48,802 bases of DNA from an uncultured Erysipelotrichaceae bacterium (lineage in GTDB: Bacteria; Bacillota_I; Bacilli_A; RFN20; CAG-826), in contig CADBDO010000001.1 in NCBI GenBank assembly GCA_902793515.1, positions 1 through 48,802 of the forward strand, in the 5' to 3' direction. The notes under the pieces are model-generated. The model had not been told where the DNA came from and ran no database searches. It was given only the letters and a program-made list of their open reading frames with translations. How positions within the stretch are numbered: the first letter of the stretch is position 1; every line of letters starts with the position of its first letter. The position numbers and the translations under genes were made by a program. Shown in pieces: positions 34,585-44,101 of this stretch.

Positions 34585-36897
34585 TTATTTCAGGTGGACG
34601 ATGGTCGCTCCGCCCCCTCCTTCTTCGCCGCTCGCCCCTTCATATGAGGCGATGATGTTCTTATGGGTGTCGCAATAGGTTCTTGTGAGATTGCGGAGAG
34701 CGCCGCTTCCCCAGCCATGGATGATTCTGACTCTCTTGTAATGGCGGAGCAGACATTCATCGATGTATTTCTCTAAGGAAAGCTTGGCCTCATCGATGTG
34801 TTGGCCAATGATATTGAGCTCAAGAGGGACGCTAGCACGGTTGGTAATGTCGTCGATTCTTAGAGCGGATGTCTCTTTTCTTTCGACCTTTGGCTCTTCA
34901 ACCCTGACGGCCTGGTCTTTTTTCGCGTGGAGAGTGAGGCCTTCTCTCGTGACGATGGTGATTTTGTTGCCATTCAGTTCTTTGAGGCGGCCTTGGACAA
35001 ATAAGGATGGGATGGCCACATAATCCCCAACGGAAAGAGGGCCATCGAAGGTCTCTTTCTTGACTTCTTCTTGGAGGTCTTCGAGCTTCTTTTTGGCTTT
35101 GATGACTTCGTGGAGTTTGACGTCAGAGTGTTGAACGCTCTTAAGGAGTTCATCCATCTTCTCTTCGTAATCGCCAAGCATCGCGTTCTTTTTGGCTTCG
35201 ACGTCGCTAAGGAAATTCTCTTCGCGTTTAGCTAAGGCGGCTTCTTTTGATTTGAGGGCTTTGGCTTCCCCTTCCACTTTGGTTCTTTCGATAGCGAGCT
35301 TTGTTTTTTCTTCTTCGGCGAGGCGGGTTGCTTCGCTTAGTTTCTTGATGGCCTCGCTGACAGAGAGGTCTTCATGCTCGCTTAGGTATGAGGAGGCTTT
35401 CTTAAGAATCTCTTCTGGCACGCCAAAACGTTTGGCGACAACAAGGCCGTATGATTCGCCTGGCAAACCCATCTTGAGTTTGTAGGTTGGCGTAAGGGTT
35501 TGTTCATCAAACATCATTGAGGCGTTAGTAACCTCTGGATGGGATAAAGCGTAGGCCTTAAGGCCTTCGAAGTGAGAAGAAACAAGGGTTATCGCATGTT
35601 TCTCAAGGAGATAAGAGATTACGGAATAGGCAATGGCCTCACCTTCTTTTGGGGAGGTTCCGGTTCCAAGTTCATCAAGGAGGACAAGGTCTTTGCCTCC
35701 GATGTTGGAAAGAATCTCCGAGAGGTTCTTCATATGACCGCTGAAGGTCGAGAGGTTGTCGCTTAAGGATTGCGAGTCGCCGATATCGACGTAGATATGG
35801 CGGAAGAAGCCTAGCTCCGCGCCTTGATCGCAAGGGAGGGCTAAGCCGGATTGGTTCATCATGACAAGAAGGCCAATCGTTTTGAGGGCTACGGTTTTGC
35901 CACCGGCATTAGGACCAGAGATGACGATGAGCGAGGTTTTCTCATCGAGCATGAAATCGTTAGGAACGACCTTCTTTCTGTCCAAAAGAGGGTGTCTCGC
36001 GTTCATCATATCAACGACCGATTTCTTCGATAACGAGGCGATATGCGCGTCATTTTCGTGAGCGTAGTTGCCTTTCGCCATAAGGAAATCGAGATAGGCG
36101 ATCATCTGGTTGCTCAAAAGGACTTCCTCTTCGTGAGAGAGGACTTCGCCGGTAAGTTCCATTAGGAGGCGATGAATCTCATCCCTCTCATCGTTTTGGA
36201 GCTCGACCATCTTGTTATTCATCTCGACGAGAATCTCAGGTTCGATGAAGGTCGTGCCACCGCTATTGGAGACATCCTGGACGATGCCGCGGACTTTGCT
36301 CTTGTATGAATTGGCGACAGGAAGGACGTAATGTCCGTTCTTGAGGGTCAATGTGTAATCGCTAAGCCACTCTTTGTTGGCCTCAAGGATGGAGTTGAGT
36401 CTCTTCTTCATCTCGTTCTCAAGTCGTCTCATCGCATGACGGACGGTGTTTAGTTTTGGCGAGGCATTATCAAAGATGGTGAGATCTGGGGCAATGACCC
36501 TATGAATCTCTTTCTCAACGTTTGAGATATCTGGGAAATGTGAGACGTACTCGAGTAAAAGAGGAGAGCTGTCTACTTGTTTGAAGTAGTGTCTCAAAGC
36601 GGCTTGGAGAAGGATATCGGAGGCAACTCTCTCCAGCTCGGTGATGCCAAGGACTCCGCCTTTCTTGGCCAAATCGATGGCCTTGGAAAGGTCGCTAGAC
36701 ACGGTGATCGGAAGATTCCCGAAACGGTCTAAGATGTCCATCATCTCTTGCGTGAAAGCGAGTTCTCTCTCAAGGGCGATGGAGTTGTCGAACATCCTTA
36801 AAGAGAGGGCTTTGTGCTTTCCGCCCTCGGTGCGTGTATAAGAGGCAAGCTTTTCAGTTACCTTATCAAATTCGAATTTTTCGTAAGCGTTTTGCAT
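34585..36897 (-). CDS. mutS2: Endonuclease MutS2
   Basis: Walker A (GPNAGGKTV), a long coiled coil and a C-terminal Smr domain (IIHGWGSGALR). Confidence 0.9.
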   Translation of the reverse strand: MQNAYEKFEFDKVTEKLASYTRTEGGKHKALSLRMFDNSIALERELAFTQEMMDILDRFGNLPITVSSDLSKAIDLAKKGGVLGITELERVASDILLQAALRHYFKQVDSSPLLLEYVSHFPDISNVEKEIHRVIAPDLTIFDNASPKLNTVRHAMRRLENEMKKRLNSILEANKEWLSDYTLTLKNGHYVLPVANSYKSKVRGIVQDVSNSGGTTFIEPEILVEMNNKMVELQNDERDEIHRLLMELTGEVLSHEEEVLLSNQMIAYLDFLMAKGNYAHENDAHIASLSKKSVVDMMNARHPLLDRKKVVPNDFMLDEKTSLIVISGPNAGGKTVALKTIGLLVMMNQSGLALPCDQGAELGFFRHIYVDIGDSQSLSDNLSTFSGHMKNLSEILSNIGGKDLVLLDELGTGTSPKEGEAIAYSVISYLLEKHAITLVSSHFEGLKAYALSHPEVTNASMMFDEQTLTPTYKLKMGLPGESYGLVVAKRFGVPEEILKKASSYLSEHEDLSVSEAIKKLSEATRLAEEEKTKLAIERTKVEGEAKALKSKEAALAKREENFLSDVEAKKNAMLGDYEEKMDELLKSVQHSDVKLHEVIKAKKKLEDLQEEVKKETFDGPLSVGDYVAIPSLFVQGRLKELNGNKITIVTREGLTLHAKKDQAVRVEEPKVERKETSALRIDDITNRASVPLELNIIGQHIDEAKLSLEKYIDECLLRHYKRVRIIHGWGSGALRNLTRTYCDTHKNIIASYEGASGEEGGGGATIVHLK

Positions 36898-36914
36898 ATG
36901 GTGATTATATCACC
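36895..36914 (-). promoter_or_regulatory. Candidate leaderless promoter: TGA-TATAAT-N6-ATG (mutS2-uvrC), embedded in the palindrome GGTGAT-N3-ATCACC
   Basis: Minus strand reads GGTGATATAATCACCATATG, with the -10 box at 36904..36909 and no SD. Confidence 0.5.
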
Positions 36915-36952
36915 TATACGCAAGGTTGTTGGATTCGGTTAATTAAGTTTCG

Positions 36953-37369
36953 CTACTGAGCTTCGTTCTCGTTCGCGATAAAAGCCCTCATAACCGCTTG
37001 TCTTGTGACAATGCCGATAAAGGTGCCTTGGTCATCCGCTAAAGGAACAAAGTTTTGGCCCATGATGAGGTCGAGAATGTCCTTTGGTTCAGCGGATATT
37101 GCCCCTAAAGCGTACGGTCTATAGCTAGGGACATCGCTCAAAATGACTTTGTCAGATTCCTCAAAATCAAGCTTGTGTTCGATGAAATAGGCTAAAAGAT
37201 CACCTTCACTGATGGTCCTTACGTATTTGCCTTCATGGTTGATGACAGGGACCACGCTGTAACGGTGCGCTTTCATCTTCTCCATCGCCTGACGGAGAGT
37301 GCAATCGTCGAAAAGATAGACCAGGTCAGCCTTCGGCTTAAGAAGGAATAGCAAGTTTGTTTTGATCAT
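36953..37369 (-). CDS. CBS-domain pair protein
   Basis: About 138 aa with two CBS repeats (..RYSVVPVINHEGKYVRTISEGDLL.. and ..NFVPLADDQGTFIGIVTRQAVM..). ORF-track position 37414 is TTG and the first ATG is 37369. Confidence 0.75.
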   Translation of the reverse strand: MIKTNLLFLLKPKADLVYLFDDCTLRQAMEKMKAHRYSVVPVINHEGKYVRTISEGDLLAYFIEHKLDFEESDKVILSDVPSYRPYALGAISAEPKDILDLIMGQNFVPLADDQGTFIGIVTRQAVMRAFIANENEAQ

Positions 37370-37381
37370 GCTCCTATTATA
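37367..37381 (-). promoter_or_regulatory. Candidate leaderless promoter: TATAAT-N6-ATG (CBS gene)
   Basis: Minus strand reads GGTTATAATAGGAGCATG. The AGGAG lies only 1 nt from the ATG, too close to act as an SD. Confidence 0.4.
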
Positions 37382-37452
37382 ACCTCTTCCCCAAAAACAA
37401 CAAAAAAGCCCCAAAGAGACGAAAAATGGTGATTAAAGAACGGAGGAAAGGG

Positions 37453-37468
37453 TAAAATCAATATTATG
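37453..37468 (+). promoter_or_regulatory. Candidate leaderless promoter: TAAAAT-N7-ATG (rnhC)
   Basis: Plus strand reads GGGTAAAATCAATATTATG. The nearest GGAGG is about 19 nt upstream, too far to act as an SD. Confidence 0.4.
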
Positions 37469-38383
37469 AAAATGCCGGTTAAGGTATATAGCATCGAGCC
37501 AAATGAGGAAACGCTTAAGAAAATGCGTTCTTTTTATGGCGACATGGCTGGAGATAGCCCAAACGAGTACATCGACCTCTTCTATCAGGCCGAAGGTTTG
37601 TCAGTGGCCATCTACAAGAAAAACAAGAAAGGCCATGTGAAGGTTGTCTTCCAAGGCCCTAACGCGGAAAATGAGGTCCGCCTTTGGGACAAAGACGCGA
37701 AAGGCTCTTCCCCGAAAGCCCCTGCTAGCCCTCTTTCTAAAAAAATAATTAATGTCTATCCGCAAATTGGTTCAGACGAAGTCGGCACCGGAGATTTCTT
37801 CGGTCCTATCTGCGTTTGCGCCGCCTATGTCACAAACGAGGACCTCAAAGAGATCGAGTCTTTGGGCATCACCGACAGCAAACTAATGACCGATGAATAT
37901 ATCCTCGAGATCGGACCAAGGCTCATCAAAAGATTTGACTACAGCCAACTCGCTCTTCCAAACGAGAAATACAACGAAGTCCATGATGAGATGAACATGA
38001 ATGCGATTAAGGCTAAGATGCATAACCGCGCTGTCCTCAATCTCCTCAAAAAGCACCATGGCGTCGCTATTTATCAGGATCAGTTCGCTGAACCTAAGAA
38101 CTATTACAACTATTTGAAAGACGAATCGGAGGTTGCTCAAGGAATCATTTTCTCAACCAAAGGTGAGAAGCTTTTCCCAAGCGTGGCCTTAGGAAGCGTC
38201 ATCGCACGCTACTCTTTTTTGAGAAACATGGCAGAGATGAGCAAGAAATACGGCGTTGAGTTCCCATTCGGCGCAAGCGAAGCAGTAACGACATTCGCCA
38301 AAAAGTTCATCAAGAAGTTCGGAAAAGACGAACTTAAAAAAGTGGCGAAGATTAACTTCGCCAACTATAAGAAACTCGATTAA
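37466..38383 (+). CDS. rnhC: Ribonuclease HIII
   Basis: An N-terminal TBP-like domain of about 90 aa, then an RNase HII-type catalytic core (GSDEVGTGDFFGP, TDSK). Confidence 0.85.
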   Translation: MKMPVKVYSIEPNEETLKKMRSFYGDMAGDSPNEYIDLFYQAEGLSVAIYKKNKKGHVKVVFQGPNAENEVRLWDKDAKGSSPKAPASPLSKKIINVYPQIGSDEVGTGDFFGPICVCAAYVTNEDLKEIESLGITDSKLMTDEYILEIGPRLIKRFDYSQLALPNEKYNEVHDEMNMNAIKAKMHNRAVLNLLKKHHGVAIYQDQFAEPKNYYNYLKDESEVAQGIIFSTKGEKLFPSVALGSVIARYSFLRNMAEMSKKYGVEFPFGASEAVTTFAKKFIKKFGKDELKKVAKINFANYKKLD

Positions 38384-38387
38384 TCCT

Positions 38388-39299
38388 CTATTTTTCGTGT
38401 AGAGTCGAGAGCAATTCAGAGAAATAGTCCGGAAGAGGAGCCTCAAAGCTCACCTCTTCATGGGTCCTCGGATGGAGGAAAGTCAAACGATAGGCATGCA
38501 ATAGCTGCCCTTTTTTGTATACATTCTCATTGCCCGCGCCATAAAGAGGATCTCCGACAAGAGGATGATGGATGTAATCAAGATGAACTCTGATTTGATG
38601 GGTTCTGCCAGTCAAAAGACGGCAAGACACAAGGGTCAAATTCTCCTTGAAACGCTTTTCGACATGGAAGAATGTGATCGCCTCGCGTCCATTATGGGTA
38701 TTTACAGCAAACTTGGTTGGGCTTTTTGGATCTCTGCCAATAGGTGCGTCAATCTTTCCATCTTCTTCGTCAATCAAACCCATGACTAAGGCCATGTATT
38801 CACGGTGCATGGTATGGTCAGAGAGCTGAGATGAGAGATACTCAAGAGCGGCATCGTTCTTGGCGACGACAAGTAACCCGGAAGTATCCTTATCAATACG
38901 ATGGACAAGACCAGGTCTGACTGGGTCATCATCATTGGCTAACTTGTCCTCATGGAACTTAAGGGCGTTGACAAGCGTGCCATCAGAGTGACCGTTGCCC
39001 GGATGGACAACAAGGCCGGCTGGCTTATTGATCACGAGGAGGTCATCGTCCTCATAAACGACGTTCAAAGGGATGTCCTGCCCTTCCACCTCTAGTGGTT
39101 TATTAGTATATTCTTGGTAAATTATAATATCGGCAAGTCTTACCTTGTAGTGTGAGGTTTCAACCTTATCATTGACCAAAACAGCGCCATCCTTGATTAA
39201 GGACTGAACCTTACTTCTTGATGGGGCTGCCCCACTGCTGAAAAGAGCCTCATCAAGCCTCTTACCAACTAGTTTTTCATCAATGACAAGCTTAGCCAT
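38388..39299 (-). CDS. rluD: 23S rRNA pseudouridine synthase RluD (RluA family)
   Basis: S4 domain (RLDEAL..SRSKVQSLIKDGAVLVN) and catalytic HRIDKDTSGLL. Confidence 0.9.
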   Translation of the reverse strand: MAKLVIDEKLVGKRLDEALFSSGAAPSRSKVQSLIKDGAVLVNDKVETSHYKVRLADIIIYQEYTNKPLEVEGQDIPLNVVYEDDDLLVINKPAGLVVHPGNGHSDGTLVNALKFHEDKLANDDDPVRPGLVHRIDKDTSGLLVVAKNDAALEYLSSQLSDHTMHREYMALVMGLIDEEDGKIDAPIGRDPKSPTKFAVNTHNGREAITFFHVEKRFKENLTLVSCRLLTGRTHQIRVHLDYIHHPLVGDPLYGAGNENVYKKGQLLHAYRLTFLHPRTHEEVSFEAPLPDYFSELLSTLHEK

Positions 39300-39915
39300 T
39301 ATTAGCGTTTTTCCTCTTTGCTTCGATGATGTCTCTGACGATCACGATAACGACGAACATAATGACTCCGACAACCAAACAGGCATCGGCGACATTGAAG
39401 ACAGCGAAGTCATAGAAACCAAATAATCTGAAGGCTAGGAAGTCGACGACTCCGCTGAATCCCACCACTGGTTCCCAATAGAATGTACGGTCGATCGCGT
39501 TGCCTAAAGCACCTGCTAAGCAGAGCGCGAAAACAACGTCAACCAAAACGTCTTTTTTCTTAAGGTATTTAAACCAATAGAAGATGATTCCGGCGCTTGC
39601 GATCCAAGAGATAGCAATGAAGACGAATCTCATCCATGGAATATCGGCTCCAAGGCTAAATGATGAACCTTGGTTGTATTGAAGCTTAATCGTGAAGAAG
39701 TCAGGGATGACGACGAAGCTTGATCCTGCACGCTTATCGAAAGCGTTCACCACTGCCCATTTTGTGACTTGGTCGATGATGATGAGCAATGGAGCAAGCC
39801 AAAGGAATGAGAAAAAGATATTCTTGAGGGTCCACTCAAACTTAGCCTCTTTCTTCTCAAAAAGGGGCTTCTTCTCCGTTTCAACGGGGGTTTCGACCTT
39901 GATTTCTTCTTCCAT
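39292..39915 (-). CDS. lspA: Lipoprotein signal peptidase II with an N-terminal extension of about 35 aa
   Basis: DQVTKW, NQGSSFS, GALGNAIDR, VVDFL and FNVADA motifs. The ATG at 39915 overlaps the ileS TAA by 1 nt. Confidence 0.9.
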   Translation of the reverse strand: MEEEIKVETPVETEKKPLFEKKEAKFEWTLKNIFFSFLWLAPLLIIIDQVTKWAVVNAFDKRAGSSFVVIPDFFTIKLQYNQGSSFSLGADIPWMRFVFIAISWIASAGIIFYWFKYLKKKDVLVDVVFALCLAGALGNAIDRTFYWEPVVGFSGVVDFLAFRLFGFYDFAVFNVADACLVVGVIMFVVIVIVRDIIEAKRKNANNG

Positions 39916-42638
39916 TATTCGATGGCTTTGGCGCATCTATCGCAAAGATGATGGCCATTGCCCCTTTCTTTAACATCAATTTTAGCAATTCTGCAGCGTT
40001 CGCAAACCTCGTGCTCGTCTTTCTTGACGGAGACGGAATCGGCATCGCCTAACTCAATCTCGGCCTCACTGACGCCGAAATAACGGGCGAGTTCATCCTT
40101 CTCGAGTTTGGAGAGGGTCTCATAAAGAGCCTTGTCAGAGGTGACGATATCAAGCTCAGCCTCGAGAGAAGAACCGATGAGTCCTTCGTTTCTCTTGTTT
40201 TCAAGGGCTTTGAGAGCGATGGTTCTAAGATCTTTGAACTTCGCATACATCTCTTTGTCCTCTTTGCTATATTCATGGGTTTCTGAAGGCATGTCTTCAA
40301 GCTGAGGAGAGGCTTTCTTCTCGCCTGGGAGATAGCTATAGACCTCATCCATGGTGAAGCTGAGGATTGGGTTGAAGAGTAAGCAAAGCTCTTTGGTTAG
40401 CTTATAAAGGACATACTGGACGGCCTTTCTTCTTGGGGAAGAGGCTTTCTCGCAGTACATGATGTCCTTGGTCATATCGAGGTAGAAGCTCGAAAGATCA
40501 ACCATGAAGTTGGTGAGAAGCATTTGGACTTTGCTGAATGAGAAGGACTCATAGGCGGCCAAAACGTTATTCTTGACCTCTTCGAACTGGGCGAGGATCC
40601 AATTGTCGACTGGCCATAAAGTTGGCTTGTCGCCTGGGATATATGGCTTATCTGCGCCATCTTGGAGGTTGCCAAGCATGAACTTGAAGGTGTTTCTGAT
40701 CTTTCTATATTGGTCAGCGATGGTCTTGATGATGGATTCACTGATAGCGACATCGGCTTCGAAGTTGACGCTGGAAGCCCATAAACGGAGCAAGTCGGCA
40801 CCAGAAGTGTTCGCGACTTTGCTAGGATCGATACCGTTTCCAGCGGATTTGGACATCTTTTGCCAATTCTCATCCATGACCCAGCCATGGGTAAGACAGG
40901 TCTTGAATGGGGCTTTGCCGCTATAGGCGACGCTTAAGATGAGGGAGGCATTGAACCAGCCACGATACTGGTCGTTGCCTTCAAGATAAAGGTCTGATGG
41001 ATAGGAAAGGCCTCTTTCGTTGAGGACACCGTTCCAAGAAGAGCCGGAATCGAACCAAACGTCCATGATATCGGTCTCTTTGCGGAAAATGCCGTTTGGC
41101 GATTTCTCGTTCTTATATCCTTCTGGGAGAAGCTCTTTGACGTCGTGGTTGAACCAGCCGTTAGAGCCTTCTTTGGCGATGATTTCTCTGATGTGGTCGA
41201 AGACTTCCTTCTCGATGATCGGGGAATCGTCCTCATTATAGATGATTGGGAGAGGAACACCCCAGGAACGTTGACGGGAAATGCACCAGTCAGCACGGTC
41301 TTTGATCATGTTGACCATCTTCTCTTCGCCCCAAGCTGGTTCCCATTTGATCTGGTGAACGGCCTCAAGGAGCTCTTTTCTGATTGGCTCGATGGAGCAG
41401 AACCATTGTGGGGTGGCTCTGAAGATGACTGGCTTATGGGTTCTCCAGTCGTGTGGGTAGCTATGGACGATGTCGATCTCTTTGAGGAGATGGCCGTTCT
41501 TGGTCAAAAGATCGATGACGACTGCATCGCTGTCAGCGTAGAAAAGACCGTTGATTGGGTCATTTTCTTCCATATGGACAACGCCTTTCTCGTCGATTGG
41601 GCAAGTTGGGCGGATGTTGTACTTGAGACAGGCATTGAAGTCATCGGTACCGAAGTCTGGGGCGATATGGACGCAACCCGTGCCATCTTCGGCAGTAACA
41701 TATGCAGCGTTGATGATTAAGGATGAGCGGTCATAAAGAGGATGCTTGACGGTGAGGTTCTCAAGGTCCTGGCCATGGAAGGTCTTAAGGAGCTTGGTCT
41801 CTTTGAATTCAAGGGTCTCTTTGACTTTCTCTAAAAGGGATGAGCAGAAAAGGAAGGTTCCCTTTTCGGTCTCATATAAGCCGTATTCGAATTTTGGGTT
41901 GAGGGCGATCGCCTTGTTATGAGGGATGGTCCATGGGGTCGTGGTCCAGATGATGACTTTGGAGCCTTCTGGGAGCTTGTCTTTGCCATCAAGGACATCG
42001 AAAGCGATGTATAAGGTTCTCGCGGTGACGTCTTGGTATTCGACCTCAGCCTCAGCGAGAGCGGATTCGCTAGATGGGGACCAGTAAACTGGCTTGAGGC
42101 CTTTATAAATGATGCCTCTAAGGGCCATCGCAGCGAAGACATCGATCTGACGGGCTTCGTATTCTGGCATCAAGGTGAGGTATGGATGGTCATAGTCGCC
42201 TAAGCAGCCAAGGCGCTTGATCTGGGTTTTTTGTCTAGCAACCTGCTCATAGGCATAATTCTTGCAATGGTCGCGGAAATCGGCGACGGACATCGCTTTG
42301 CGGTTAACGCCGGATTTGGTGACTCTGACCTCGATTGGAAGGCCGTGCGTGTCCCATCCGAAGACGAATGGGGTCTTGTAGCCTTTCATGTTCTTGTAAC
42401 GGACGGTGAAATCCTTGAGGAGACGATTGAGCATGTGGCCGCAGTGAATGTCGCCGTTGGCGTATGGCGGGCCATCATGGAGAAGGTATTCTTCGCAACC
42501 CTCTCGATTCTGGTTCATCTTTTCGTAAAGGTTCATCTCATGCCACTTTTCGATCATCTTCGGCTCTTTGATGGTGAGGTTTCCCCTCATCTCAAAACCG
42601 GTGTTAGGCATAAGCAATGTGTCTTTGAGCTCGCTCAT
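39915..42638 (-). CDS. ileS: Isoleucine--tRNA ligase
   Basis: HIGH (HCGHMLN), KMSKS and a C-terminal Zn-finger (CERC..CDRC). True start is MSELKDTLLMP at 42638 with SD AAAGGAGAG. Confidence 0.95.
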   Translation of the reverse strand: MSELKDTLLMPNTGFEMRGNLTIKEPKMIEKWHEMNLYEKMNQNREGCEEYLLHDGPPYANGDIHCGHMLNRLLKDFTVRYKNMKGYKTPFVFGWDTHGLPIEVRVTKSGVNRKAMSVADFRDHCKNYAYEQVARQKTQIKRLGCLGDYDHPYLTLMPEYEARQIDVFAAMALRGIIYKGLKPVYWSPSSESALAEAEVEYQDVTARTLYIAFDVLDGKDKLPEGSKVIIWTTTPWTIPHNKAIALNPKFEYGLYETEKGTFLFCSSLLEKVKETLEFKETKLLKTFHGQDLENLTVKHPLYDRSSLIINAAYVTAEDGTGCVHIAPDFGTDDFNACLKYNIRPTCPIDEKGVVHMEENDPINGLFYADSDAVVIDLLTKNGHLLKEIDIVHSYPHDWRTHKPVIFRATPQWFCSIEPIRKELLEAVHQIKWEPAWGEEKMVNMIKDRADWCISRQRSWGVPLPIIYNEDDSPIIEKEVFDHIREIIAKEGSNGWFNHDVKELLPEGYKNEKSPNGIFRKETDIMDVWFDSGSSWNGVLNERGLSYPSDLYLEGNDQYRGWFNASLILSVAYSGKAPFKTCLTHGWVMDENWQKMSKSAGNGIDPSKVANTSGADLLRLWASSVNFEADVAISESIIKTIADQYRKIRNTFKFMLGNLQDGADKPYIPGDKPTLWPVDNWILAQFEEVKNNVLAAYESFSFSKVQMLLTNFMVDLSSFYLDMTKDIMYCEKASSPRRKAVQYVLYKLTKELCLLFNPILSFTMDEVYSYLPGEKKASPQLEDMPSETHEYSKEDKEMYAKFKDLRTIALKALENKRNEGLIGSSLEAELDIVTSDKALYETLSKLEKDELARYFGVSEAEIELGDADSVSVKKDEHEVCERCRIAKIDVKERGNGHHLCDRCAKAIE

Positions 42639-42659
42639 ATGGATCTCTCCTTTCAAGAA

Positions 42660-42867
42660 ATAAAAAACGCCCATCTAAGGGCGCATTCCGCGTGGTACCA
42701 CCTTAGTTCGATTAATCGCACTCAAGTCCCTAGATAACGTTAGGGTGACGTCCTTCCTACTACTATTTCAGAAGGATGGCTCCGATAGTGATGGGGCTTG
42801 CGCGGTGCCTCGTTCTCATCCAGGAGGCTCTCTGTAGGGTGCGCTTGTCCGCTCTATCATCCTAGCC
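42660..42867 (-). promoter_or_regulatory. T-box riboswitch leader of ileS
   Basis: Stem I elements (ACAGAGAGCC, GGAUGAGAAC), a candidate Ile specifier AUC followed by A (CCCCAUCACU) and the T-box AACUAAGGUGGUACCACGCG (42688..42708). It ends in terminator GCGCCCUUAGAUGGGCG followed by UUUUUUAUUU. Confidence 0.85.
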
Positions 42868-42873
42868 GAGGAC

Positions 42874-42902
42874 ACTATATAGGAAGCACCCGGCTTTTGC
42901 AA
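42874..42902 (-). promoter_or_regulatory. Promoter of the ileS leader: TTGCAA-N17-TATAGT
   Basis: The -35 box is at 42897..42902 and the -10 box at 42874..42879. Confidence 0.55.
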
Positions 42903-42968
42903 GGAACTTCAAAGAAGTTAAAGAAAAACCGAGCCCATTTGAGCCCGGTTATGCTTCTAAATATGTCC

Positions 42969-44099
42969 TTATTCGTCCTTAAGGAAGTTAGGAAGGATGT
43001 CGTCGGCGATGCCGCTTTCGTCTTCTTTCTCATCAAGAGGCGCGGACTCGACAGGCTTGACTGGCTCGCTGATTCCGCTTCCGAGTTCTTCTTTCGATGG
43101 AGCGACGAATTTTGGGGTGTTGCTGAAATCGAATTCTTCGGTGAAGTCGCTCGCGATGACGGAAACGACGATGGTGTCATCGATATTCGGGTTGATTGAG
43201 ACACCGAACTTGATGTCGATGGCCCCGCCAGCCTGGGCATTGATTCTGTTGACGCATTCCTGAGCTTCGTAAAGGGTGACGTTGCTGCCGCAGGTGACGG
43301 CGCAGATAGCGCGTCTTGCACCAGAGATCGAAGTCTCGAGAAGAGGAGAATTGATCGCATTATCCGCGGCTTCTTCGGCTTTCTTGGCACCTTTGCCGAT
43401 GCCGTATCCGATAAGGGCGACGCCGCTCGATTTAAGGGTTGATTTGACATCAGCGAAGTCTAAGTTCATCTGAGCTGGGACAAGGATGAGGTCGGCGACG
43501 GTCCTGACCGATTGGCAAAGGATGGCGTCACTCTCGCTGAAAGCCATATTGATTGGGGCGTTTCCAGCCGACATTAAGAGCTTGTCGTTACTGACGATGA
43601 TGATTGAGTCGACGGCATCTTTCAAAGCGTTCAAGCCTTGGACGCTGTTCTCGATGCGTTTTGGTCCTTCGAAGGTGAATGGGCGGGTGACGATGGCGAC
43701 GGTTAAGCAGCCGGCGTCTTTCGCGATGCGGGCGATTACAGGCGCTGCGCCAGTGCCGGTGCCCTTGCCCATGCCGGCGGCCACGAAGACCATGTCGGCT
43801 CCTTCGACGATTTTCTGGATGGTTTCTTTGGAAGCTTCGGCAGCGGCTTTGCCCATCGCTGGGTCTCCACCGGCGCCTAAGCCTTTGGTGATCTCTTCGC
43901 CGATAACGATTCTGTGGGCGGCTTTGGAGGAGGCTAAAGCCTGCTTATCGGTGTTGACGACATAAAATTCGACGTTCTGGATGTTCTCGTCGATCATGCG
44001 GTTGACCGCGTTGTTGCCCGCTCCGCCGACGCCGATGACGACGATCTTGGCTACAGGTTCGAAGTTATCCAAATCACGGATATCATCATCGAATGGCAT
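42969..44099 (-). CDS. ftsZ: Cell division GTPase FtsZ
   Basis: The tubulin signature is GMGKGTGTGAAPV, with the start VIGVGGAGNNAVN. The conserved C-terminal peptide is DDILPNFLKDE. SD GGAGG. Confidence 0.95.
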   Translation of the reverse strand: MPFDDDIRDLDNFEPVAKIVVIGVGGAGNNAVNRMIDENIQNVEFYVVNTDKQALASSKAAHRIVIGEEITKGLGAGGDPAMGKAAAEASKETIQKIVEGADMVFVAAGMGKGTGTGAAPVIARIAKDAGCLTVAIVTRPFTFEGPKRIENSVQGLNALKDAVDSIIIVSNDKLLMSAGNAPINMAFSESDAILCQSVRTVADLILVPAQMNLDFADVKSTLKSSGVALIGYGIGKGAKKAEEAADNAINSPLLETSISGARRAICAVTCGSNVTLYEAQECVNRINAQAGGAIDIKFGVSINPNIDDTIVVSVIASDFTEEFDFSNTPKFVAPSKEELGSGISEPVKPVESAPLDEKEDESGIADDILPNFLKDE

Positions 44100-44101
44100 A
44101 A

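Noticed and set aside
42920-42950. A possible terminator after ftsZ (AACCG..CGGTT flanking a direct GGGCTC repeat, then TTTTTC)
   Set aside because: Only 5 bp can pair, around a 14-nt loop. The apparent symmetry is a direct repeat, not an inverted one. It is too weak to call a terminator.
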